Source: Bugula neritina (taxonomy: Eukaryota; Animalia; Bryozoa). From it: a DNA stretch of 64,000 nucleotides. How positions within the stretch are numbered: position 1 is the first letter of the stretch; each line of letters starts with the position of its first letter. A program made the position numbers and the translations under genes. This document shows, one piece after another, positions 52,938 through 64,000 of this stretch. The stretch lies in the NCBI GenBank assembly GCA_964035545.1, contig OZ037772.1, positions 9,727,150-9,791,149 on the forward strand, in the 5' to 3' direction. The notes beneath the pieces are model-generated. The model saw only the letters and a list, made by a program, of their open reading frames with translations. It was not told the origin of the DNA and did no database searches.

Positions 52938-55900
52938 GCGATCTATGAAAAATATTGGGGTAATTTTGGCTTCCAGATTTCTTTAAAAAATGTATTGCAC
53001 TTTGAAACTGCATCAAGTTTAGATTGGTCAGTATTACGCTGATGACAATTATCATAAAGAGGGATTACAAAGACAAGTAAATGCTGTTAAAAACATGATT
53101 ACCATTCTTTTTATGATAAATAGCTTTTTATTCTATTTCGGACATTTTCATGATGAGCTGTGCATCTTTTAGGCATTTGCTCTTATAGAACAACGTCATC
53201 TAAATGTTTTATGTTGCCCACATACTAGTACATTAAGGAAAGGTAACTCCTAACACACCTGCTTTACGACTGATTATAACACCAGTATTATGAAATTCTT
53301 GTTGATTATGCTGCATCAATAGTCAATAATAGTCAGCTTTATGTTATTTCATAATAATCAATAACAATGCTGCTATACAATATATGATACATATACCCCT
53401 CATCATTCTCTGTGTAATAAACACACAAGGGTCTAGCATGGGCAGAGGTAAAAATATTGTTTGCTGTTGAAGTAGGTGAATTGTTGCAAAAATTTAAAGT
53501 AAGGTAGGTATACTATAATCACAGCAGAGCAAATTTAATTGGTGCTGCCTTTTTTGTAAAACACATTTCTTGTTTAAAAGACATTTTCGCTATATAAATT
53601 TTTAGAATAAACAGGCAAAAACTTGATTTAATATCAAATTTATATTCTTAAATGTATTGCACTGCTTTATAGCCATGCAAAAAAGTCTTTTAGATTTGAT
53701 TTTCGTGACCTTATTTAAGATAGTAGAAATTAATACACTTGTAAAATTGATTATAACAAAGTTTTGATACGTTTTTCTTAATCAACTCTTTAAGCAACAT
53801 ATTTTCATGGCTTAACTGAATGTTTTTTTATCCAAGTGATTTTAGTTGAAAATTATTGTCAACACTGATAAATTGAACGTTTATTTGTATAATGTCAATA
53901 TTAGAACCATATATAATTATCATAGTGATTTAAAGTGATCATGGCGTCGTTTGTTTCTTCACTAACTTAGATTGTATAGATGCATTAACAGTTCATTAAC
54001 TTCAACAATGATATTATTTTAAATAAGTATTCTTTTCACTTTGCTCAGGTTTTTATGGTAAGAGCCCATAAATGAGTTTTTTCAAACCTAATAAGTATTT
54101 CAAACTGCCAAGTTACATAGCTTCATTGTTTTATTGCAGCACTCAACAATTAGCTTCTTAACAGGCTCTAATTAAACTATTATTTAGAAAAATGTCTTTG
54201 CTGTTGTTTTAAAATGCTTTCAAATAAGAATATTGTTTAGGCAGGTAAAACTTTTTATTCTATAGTTTACATAGTTTACTATAATGTAATGTTTTATATT
54301 TTAACATAGTATATTGATATTGTTTAATATTTATTTGTAGTATTTGCCATTATTTTCATCTGTCTCATAAAACATGTTACTCATCTTTTCTAGTAAAATT
54401 TTCAACTGATTCTAATCAATCAGCAATAGTTAGCAACAGAAAACAAAAAAATGTGTAAATAACACATCTTTAAAATAATAGCTATATTATTATATACAAT
54501 CAGCCATCATATAATACTTCTTTTGAACGAAATCTAATTTAAGTCATTATGTATATTTATTCATTAAATTGCTGAACACATTTCTACTGCTAATTGTTAA
54601 CGTTTCTGCATGGGAGAGATTAAGGGAGTTACGATAGTAATTTTGCTTTTTTTTAACTCTGCCTAGCTTTTATTAATGACTGTTGATAATAAATATAGGT
54701 GTTCGAGTCTGAATATATATAAAACTTTTGGCGTTCTATGAAAAATATTGAGATAGTTTTAGCTTCCAGATTTTTAAAAAAAAATATATTGCACTTTGAA
54801 ACTGCATCAAGTTTAGATTGGTCAGCATTACACTGATGACAATTATCATAAAGAGGGATTGCAAAGACAAGTATATAAATGCCGTTAAAAACATGATTAA
54901 CATTCCTTCCACGATAAATAGCTTTCTAATCTATTTCATACTTTTTTCACTTGCTCTTACAAAAGAACAACGCCTTCTAAATGTTTTATGTTGCCTATAC
55001 TAGTACATCAAGGAAAGGTAACTCCTAACACACCTGCTTTACGACTGATAATAACACCAGTATTATAAAATTCTTGTTGATTATGCTGCATCAATAGTCA
55101 ATAATAGTCAGCTTTATGTTATTTCATAATAATCAATAACAATGCTGCTATACAATATATGATACATATACCCCTCATCATTCTCTGTGTAATAAACACA
55201 CAAGGGTCTAGCATGGGCAGAGGTAAAAATATTGTTTGCTGTTGAAGTAGGTGAATTGTTGCAAAAATTTAAAGTAAGGTAGGTATACTATAATCACAGC
55301 AGAGCAAATTTAATTGGTGCTGCCTTTTTTGTAAAACACATTTCTTGTTTAAAAGACATTTTCGCTATATAATTTTTTAAAATAAACAGGCAAAAACTTG
55401 ATTTAATATCAAATTTATATTCTTAAATGTATTGCACTGCTTTATAGCCATGCAAAAAAGTCTTTTAGATTTGATTTTCGTGACCTTATTTAAGATAGTA
55501 GAAATTAATATACTTGTAAAATTGATTATAACAAAGTTTTGTTACGTTTTTCTTAATCAACCCTTTAAGCAACATATTTTCATGGCTTAACTGAATGTTT
55601 TTTTATCTAAGTGATTTTAGTTGAAAATTATTGTCTACACTGATAAATTGAACGTTTATTTGTATAATGTCAATATTAGAACCATATAATTATCATAGTG
55701 ATTTAAAGTGATCATGGCGTCGTTTGTTTCTTCACTAACTTAGATTGTATAGATGCATTAACAGTTCATTAACTTCAACAATAATATTATTTTGAATAAG
55801 TATTCTTTTCACTTTGCTCATGTTTTTTTTTATGGTAAAAGCACATAAATGAGTTTTTTCAAACCTAATAGGTATTTCAAACTGCCAAGTTACATAGCTT

Positions 55901-56870
55901 CATTATTTTATTGCGGCACTCAACCATTAGTTTTTTAACAGGCTCTAATTAAACTATTATTCAGAAAAATGTCTTTGCTGTTGTTTTAAAATGCTTTCAA
56001 ATAAGAATATTGTTTAGGCAAATAAAACTCCTTGTTCTGTGGTTTAAATAAAAAACATAATACATTATTTGCAGCCTATAACTGCTTTTGTGTTTTCTAC
56101 ACTATTCCATGATTGATTAAAACATTTGAGTAGCAAGTTCCTTCCTTCTTTTAGTGCATTTCATAAAGAGGTTGTTTAAATTTCTACTTTTACTCAGTCT
56201 TCAACACTCAATGTGGTAAGTGTTGCGGGTTCTCTCATACCCATCATTTTCATCTTGTATGTCATCTTTTCATCTTGGAGTCTGTAAAACTGTTATAGCT
56301 ATAATAAACTATCAGAAAATTTAAATTTATAAATATTTTATATATATAAATATAAATAGTAATTTCATTGTTCTCAAAAAGCGGCAACTTATTCATGATC
56401 ACAATAACAATAATGTAATGTTTTACATTTTAACATAATATACTAATATTATATAATATTTTATTTGTAGTATCTGTCATTATGTTTATCTGTCTCATAA
56501 AACATGTTACTCATCTTTTCTTGTAAAATTCTTAATTGATTCTAATCAATCAGCAATAGTTGGCAACAAACAACAATAAAATGTGTAAACATGTCTTTAA
56601 AATAATATCTAGATTATTATATACAACCAGCCATCATAGAATGCTTCTATTGAAGAGAATCTAATTTAAGTCATGGTGTATATTTATTCATTAAATTGCT
56701 GAACACATTTTTACTGCTAATTGTTAACGTTTCTGCATGGGAGAGATTAAGGGAGTTAGGATAGTAATTTTGCTTATTTTTAACTCTGCCTAGTTTTTAT
56801 TAATGATTGTTGATAATAAATATGGGTGTTCCAGTCTGAATATATATAAAACTTTTGGCGATCTATGAAT
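52938..56870. repeat. Tandem segmental duplication, two units (~52938-54730 and ~54731-56857)
   Basis: Long near-identical stretches (e.g. 53235-54240 vs 55007-56020). Junction motif GCG(A/T)TCTATGAA at ~52938, ~54731 and ~56858. Unit 2 has ~370 extra bp at ~56045-56410. Confidence 0.95.
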
Positions 56871-57556
56871 ACTACTCTTAGATTATTCATACGCCTATCA
56901 GAATTTTAATGAAATATTCTGAGGCAAAAAGTAATAGCTAAAGAGTAATATATGCTTGATACTGGCAGTTTTAAAAGGTTAGAGGGTTGTAAGTTTATTA
57001 GAATAGAGGATACGTCGAAGGGTTATATATAATGGTAAATGGTACTACTAGGCTTAGTATGGCAGCCTTACAACATAATTTTGAATTATAGGTAATCATT
57101 AAAAGTTATTTTGTCTTGTGATGTATAAAATGAAGCCAGCAAATCTGCATGCACCAAAACGTCTTCTAACTTTCTACCACACAAAAAAAGTTGCAAATAG
57201 AAATATCATTTTTACAACTAAGCCAACTCACTTTTTATGTAGATATAGCATAATAACTTCAGAATGAATAGGCTTACTATATGTAGAATAGTAAATAAAA
57301 CAGAATATGTGTGTCGTTGTTTTAAGTTGCTGCAAATGCTATAAACATGTACACGGAAACTTTTAGGTACTTAAACAAGATTCCAGTCTTTTTAAATAAG
57401 TTTTTCTTACTAATTCAGCACATCATAATTAATTCTTCAACTTCTTATGAATATAAAGCATTAGAGCAACAGATTTTAGACATTAGTAATTATCAAGTAA
57501 ATGTCATTTACCATAATTAATAGCTAACGTTACTATGGAATGCTTTTTTGCAGAAA

Positions 57557-60500
57557 ATGTCTACAGTAGCAGAAGTAGCAAACCTGAGCAGAGGAAAGTG
57601 TTCATATTGTATGCAAGTCCTTAAGGAATCTCAGGATCCCAGGGCATTAAATTGTGGTCATGCTTTTTGTTACCAGTGTCTGGTTAAAGTCTACAATGAC
57701 TACATGCTTATAGTATGTCCTCTCTGCAGGCAAGTTGCTATGAAAAAAATGAAATATAGCGATCGTCACACTTTAAATTTGAGTATAAAACCAAATATAA
57801 ATTGAATGATTGATTTATTGCATACCATAGACATGAAAACATTTTGTGAAACTTAGTGCAATAATTGGCTGTAATAATTGATGAACATGATTTTGTATTT
57901 CGATAAAAGTTAATGTTAACTATGACCAATTTATAACAAGAAGGGAAAAAACTTCAATAGATCTTCCAAAAAATAAACCAGTTCGATTATTTTAGAGAAT
58001 GCTGCAATACGCCTCCAGAAAACTTGCCATCAGCCATCGAGGCAGTGGAAGTTGACAAATCAGTCGTTTGCAAAGTCTGTAAAGAAGAAGGAAAGACTGA
58101 GATTGCCATTACCTTTTGTACCGATTGTCCAAAGTTGTACTGTACCAAGCATCAGCTAGTAAGTTTCACAATACTTGAAATTGTAATGATTTATTCATTT
58201 GTATTTGAGACAAACAGTTGTTGCTGAGTTGAAAATATTCAGTGCAATTAATTTTTTTAATTCTATTAGTTACCATGACTTAATATAATGCTCTTTTTAC
58301 TAATATTGGCATACGTTGTGGTGCTATGTAATTTGTTAATATTGGGACCAGCTGAAATAGTTGAAGGAGCAAAAAAGATTTTACAAGAGTAGCTAAGCTT
58401 TTTAATTGATTGGGTTTAATTAAGCACACATAAATCCATAGCACATTGATTGTGCCTATTGTAATAAAGCTCAGACATTAATTTGCAGACATAAATCAAT
58501 GCTACATTATTGATTGCCGATTACTGATTAACATTAAAATTCTTTTGAATACATTATATAATTGAGCTACTCAACGTATATTATTTCAATACTCAACAGG
58601 AACATGATGCTCTATTGAAAGAACATTCTAGAATCAATATTGATGAATACAAGCGCAGGCTACCAAAATATAAAGAAATTAAAATGTGCACCAAACACAA
58701 TTCCCACTACGTAATGGGGTGTGAAAACTGCAATGAAGTTCTATGTGTGCATTGTATTGCAAAACAACAAAAATGCAAGCTTGGTAAGAATTTAGCAGTT
58801 TACCTTATAGTTTATAAAATATAGCTTCATTTTGTTGGCATGAGCTATTATTACAAAACTGCGTTATTTCATAGACTTACTGAAAAATATTAATTGTTGC
58901 ATTAAGAGAACTCCATTTTTTGTTATATATATATTCTTAATATTTTATCACAAATTAACAGTGTTTTGTTACCCGTTTTTTTAATTGCACATATAACTGC
59001 TTTAATATATTTGTTTCCTATGTAAAATTAATAGATGTCACAAATATGTATAACTTCTGCATAACTGCAATATACGGCAAGCAATCAGTTTTGTATTGGA
59101 TAGTGTAATTGCTACGCCCAATACTGTACCGACAAAAAAGTGTAGTTTTGTAACACTGTAAAAGTTAAAGCCTATTGAGATAAAGCACTTCAGTAAAAAT
59201 AAAAAAGAATTAACTTGAAGCAGAAGACAATTTCTCCATATTGTTTGTTAATCCATAATTCAAAGATCATGAAACAATAGCCCAACTTTCTAATTATCAA
59301 CCACAGATGCATCAGGTTTGCCACACAAGCTCCTACCTTTGAAAGAATTGGTGAAGAAACTGACTAACATAGAGCACCTTGAAAAAAGATACAACACACT
59401 CAAGTCTTTATACAAACAGATGTCGACTGTGCTGTGCTCCTACAAAACAGAAACAAGCAATCTCTTGCAAGATATTCAAAACCAATGTAAAATTCAGGTA
59501 AAAAACGGCTGCAAAAATTAGCTTTGTAACTTTGAAATTTATCACAAATTAAATTCTTGCGCAAATATGTATGTTTTCTTTTACAGTTTTGTATACTTCA
59601 GTCAGGTCTCTGATATAGCAATATTTCTCAAAAAGGCTAAGCCTAGGGCCACACTGTGCGTATTTTCGCATGCGATAATATGCACAGTGTGGCCCTAGGC
59701 TTAGAATTTATTTTAGTGTGGCACACTGACAGTTATGACCAAATTATATATTTCTTATCTAACTAATAGGCTTTTTTATGTCAGCTTTCTGTTGCACTAA
59801 CCTGGGCAATTGGTATATAAAATTATATATTTTTAACAAATTAGGAAAAAGTATAGCGCAAAATTAAGAAATAACTTTTGCTATACTATATAATAAAGTT
59901 TGCTAAAATATGATGCTATAACTAATTTATTCACAATAATAAACTACAATGGTTGAGCTTATTATATATTTCGTTGTATAAATTTGTGCAAGCAAAAAAT
60001 AATAAATTCCTATTCAACCGCGAGTAGTCATATGTGTTTATTTTTAGAACTAGCTATTAAATTTTAAAAACTTTCTTTAGTAAAACAATTGCAAATAAAC
60101 TGAGCAAAATATATGCTTGCAGCATCATAACGTACGGCATGCTTATGAAACTGCAAGATTGGGAAAGTATGTCATAAAATATCTTCATAATAGTTTCATT
60201 TTGAACTCTAGCAGGTGTTTGAAAAAAAACTACGTATACTGTTTAATTATCTATCAAACTTATGTAAGTTTATAGTTGCTGTCCTTGTAATAACCCTGAA
60301 GAAAAGGTTTTATTTAAGTAGCCTAAGAATTTATTCACATGTGGTACTGAAGCAATGGCTGGATATTCTCACAGCCTGTGTTTGAACTCAAACCGCTAGC
60401 TTAATGTTTACTAACTCGCACAGCAGCATTTTAGCCAGTAAATCACAGCTGCTCCCTTATCGTGCTCTAAAACAATGTCTAGTGGACTCTAAATAGTCAT

Positions 60501-63500
60501 TTTATGCTAGTTGAATTTATTATTTTTCTAATAACTATAACTCATCCATAATATTATTTATACAGTTTTTCATTGTAAGCAGAAGGTTTTTAAATCAAGG
60601 TGTAAATTTATTTTATTTTATAATGAGAAGCAAACCTATGTTACTATTTTGTAGATTGATGCTATTAAGGCCAAATATGAAGAGATTCAGAAGGAATTTC
60701 TACAAACAAGAAGAAAGACAGAAGAAGAGATGCTGTATTACTTTGAAGAGATAGTTGGAGTGTCATTTCTGGAATTTCACATGGAGAAAAAAAGAATCCA
60801 GACAGAACTAGCTAGCAGCCACCCAGTTTGTATAAAATTTTGTCCAATCATTGACTTGTTTAAATTAGGGAGCTATAAACAAAGTTACAAACTATTGTTT
60901 TAGGATTTGTTTTTTGCGTTATTATTGCTCTTCAGTATTGAATCATGTTTTTAAGAGTGATATAAAAACATTCAATTTATTCATGCATCTGTTTGTTTAT
61001 TAGCATTAAATTTTAGAGAAGACTAAAATTAGCCAACTTTTGGTTTTTCCAATATCACAAAATGTGCAATGGTCTATATTTCCTGCTTGAAGATCCCAAC
61101 AAAATGACTAAATATTTTAATTTATTTGCATAAATATGCAAACTGTCATTTTCCATTTTATTTTCTTTATGTTAATTTTGCAAAAACATTTTTCTACAAA
61201 CCAAACAATATTGTTAAATGCAATTTTGTTATTTTGCTGTAAAAAGGACCATATGTCGTCCACAGCTGTGCAGTTTAGCTGTTATTAAACAATGATTCAA
61301 TCTCCAGAAATTTTCTTACAAAAAACTGCGTATAATCTTGTATTACAGTGAGTATTTTAAACACATCTGTAAGGTAAATGCATTATTTTTAATTTTTTTT
61401 ATAATTACAACAAATATAACGTGGCAACGTACTTTGAAAAAGTCAATTTTCAGCCACTTGTAATGCTTTAAAATTTGATTCAATGTGATGATTCAGGTTG
61501 ACATAATAAGAAACTTTGAAACACTAAAAGAAGATATCCAAAAGCTTCTTTCAAAGAAGGTTCCGTTGCCAGAGTTATCAAACTCCTGCTCCTTAGCATT
61601 TAAAGGTTAGAAAACCCATTTAATTTAAATTTATATTATGTTGTAAAGAGCAACTGTAGTTTAGTGGTTATAGTGTACTAATTTTTTAAATATAAGGTCA
61701 GTGGTTTGAAGAAAACTTCATGGTGATGATTAAAAAGCATCCAGCTCTATTTGCTCTTGTGCAGTTAAATTAGAAAACAAGATCTAGCCCTCTTGTAAAA
61801 GTTGAAATGTTAACTGGGCATACCAGTAAAGTAATATGTTCCAATAAATATATATGAAAACTTTGAGTTCAAAGTGCCTAAATAGGTTTTGAAAGCAATC
61901 AATCAAATATAGCCCTAGCATTTCGGCAAATTTTTCAGAGTGACTGCCACCATTGCAGGATATATTAACCAAACATTCAATATATGTTCAAATTTGATTT
62001 TAAAGCTTACTATTTCTGTAGTCAGCTAAAGGCTTCGTCGTTTGTGCAAAAATGAAATTATGTTTAAATGCTCTATCCACTAGAACGCAACTTCTACTTT
62101 GTATACGTGCTATAATGTTGCACCAAATTTAACTGCTAAACTGGATGTGAAACATTTTGATGAACGGCATCTTATTTAAACAACTATAGAGCCTAAAGTA
62201 TACTTTAGCAGTTTAGCGCGTCATTAGATTTAATGAATTCTTAGGTGATGGAATGCACAACTATGAATATAGATCAGAGAAGAGTAAAATTTAGCGCTAA
62301 GTTTTTATATTTCCCACTTTTCTAGAGTAGTTAATAGCGTTAAGTTTTTTTGTCACTCTTCTTGTAGCTAATTTTACAACGTAGCAATTTTAAAAACAAA
62401 CTTAGCAATAAAAAGCTAAAAGCATTGATCTTTATTAATCCCTATACACGCAGCGTAACTATATAACAACAATAGAACTTACTTAGGTAATTAATGAGAT
62501 GTTATAAATCTGTATGGTATATACTAAAGCACCCATCCTTTACTGGCATAAATGTATAGTTTATATATAGTACAATTACGTGTAATTAAGAGTTTAAACA
62601 AGTTCAATACTTTTTTCTTTGTATTATAGAAAAAAGAGACCCTGAAGTAGAGCTTTGCACCTTGAATCTTGATGATTTCAGTTTAAACGCTAAACTCGAA
62701 ATACCATCACACTTGCCCAGCTCCTTGACATGCTTGCAAGACTCTAAAGTTTCAGAAAGCTGCTTGTCTGTTTATCAGCTACAAAACATGTTATTGGTTG
62801 GACTAAAAAATGGCAGAGGCATAGAAAAGATAGAGGAAGATGGCCAAATGAATAAAAGCTTTTTGAAAATCAGTACCAATGTAAACGACATTAAGATACA
62901 TGACAATAAAATTTACACCTTAGGACTGAGATGGAACTCATTTACTGTAAACGTTTATGAGACAACTGGTAAGGCACTACATACTTGGAATCATGCGCGC
63001 TACGATGGAGCATACGTCAATAAATTTGCAATTATTGCTGATCAGATTATTGTGCCTCATCGTAAAGACAGGTGTCTTGTATGTTATTCCATGGAAGGGG
63101 ACGAGATATGTCGTGTTCCATGTCCATTTTTAAGCTCTGAAAAGAGTAGCACATATATTTGCAAGGCGAGCAAAGAATCTGCCATCATATCTGATTCATT
63201 ATCCAGCCAAGTTTTTAGGGTAAAAATACCTTCAGGCGATGTCGTGTGGGTGTCCGATAGAGTAAAACATCCACAAGCTGTGGAAATTTACAAAGAGGAG
63301 TATGTCTTGATTTCTCAACCTGGAACCTCTGTCATCATATTTATCCTGGACGTTGAAACCGGTAAATTAAAGAAGTTATTAAAAGTTAGAAATTTTTAAT
63401 AACTTTGGCGTTTCTTCGAAATGTGAACTTAAAAATTGCTTCAATCTAAAATATTTTTTGCAGGGAAAAAAGGTTAGTTGCATAATTTGAAAACATGGTA

Positions 63501-63848
63501 ATTCTGAGCTAGACTATAGCAGTAGCATGTAGTTTACTTGGTCAAAATAATTGCATTAACACTTTTTTATTATATATAGCTTGCTTTTGACCAGTTAAAA
63601 ATTAATCAAATTGTAATAGAACCGGTGCAGCAAATATTAGGTTGTAGTTTTACTTTTATTTCATTGTTTTTTTGTTATAAAACTAATTATGTGTTTTAAT
63701 TTGATTCAAAAAAGGTGGTTTACTTCACCTGCTTACTGATCCAACAGTTAGAGTTTTCTCTCATGTGGACGATCTCCATGTATATCAAGACAAACTCATT
63801 GTACCAAGATTTGATGAAAAGACGGTTGTGCTATATCAGTTGGATTAA
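57557..63848 (+). CDS. TRIM/RBCC E3 ubiquitin ligase with C-terminal NHL-like beta-propeller (~618 aa)
   Basis: Exons 57557-57729, 57996-58158, 58600-58783, 59307-59497, 60655-60825, 61497-61605, 62630-63361, 63715-63848 (1857 nt). C3HC4 RING CSYC...LNCGHAFCYQC...CPLC. B-box1 CKVC...FCTDCPKLYCTKH. B-box2 CTKH...GCENCNEVLCVHC. Coiled coil, then propeller-like repeats (AIISDSLSSQVFRV, HPQAVEI). Confidence 0.88.
59637..59704. mobile_element. 68-bp near-perfect palindrome, probably a minimal MITE
   Basis: CTAAGCCTAGGGCCACACTGTGCGTATTTTCGCA|TGCGATAATATGCACAGTGTGGCCCTAGGCTTAG has 2 mismatches between arms. GC-rich within an AT-rich intron. Confidence 0.65.
60268..60457 (-). mobile_element. Same SINE family, diverged copy
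   Basis: Ends CACAGCTGCTCCC, with degenerate core and tail. Confidence 0.6.
61647..61762 (+). mobile_element. Same SINE family, diverged copy
   Basis: GAGCAACTGTAGTTTAGTGGTTATAG...GGTGATGATTAAAAAGCATCCAGC..TTGCTCTTGTG. Confidence 0.6.
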
Positions 63849-64000
63849 AAGGTAATGCTCTCAGAATAGCTTGTATTATGTTTAATATCTGAATTGCATT
63901 TGGCCTTACTGTTCAAATTACATTATTAATTGTTTCTGCTTAGATAAACTTACATAAGGGTATTTATATTTTTTTAAAGTATAAAAAAAACATTGAGAAA

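Overview
AT-rich, intron-rich eukaryotic genomic DNA, most likely from an invertebrate; the taxon cannot be fixed from sequence alone. I reconstructed six spliced genes by hand from splice signals and reading-frame phase. (1) The first four coding exons of an EF-hand mitochondrial carrier (SLC25A24/25-like, minus strand), with a decayed Tc1 transposon just upstream. (2,3) A head-to-head pair of paralogous 20-exon type I membrane protein genes (A: 10985-26255 minus, ~1221 aa; B: 27175-40186 plus, ~928 aa). Both have signal peptide, FN3-like domains, two F5/8C/F-lectin-like domains and one TM helix, with matching intron phases but very different cytoplasmic tails. (4,5) A second head-to-head pair of unidentified genes (C minus, D plus). 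(6) A TRIM gene (RING, 2 B-box, coiled coil, beta-propeller) with a GC-AG intron. Repeats include a tRNA-Thr-derived SINE family (~12 copies), a second tRNA-like fold-back family, a 5'-truncated LINE, a 68-bp palindrome, a ~1.8-2.1 kb tandem duplication and many microsatellites. The best candidate for an undescribed system is the A/B paired-receptor locus. It includes an apparent FN3 domain split by two lectin-fold modules and a 10-copy array of a splice donor right after the TM exon of B. All gene models are manual and lack transcript support.
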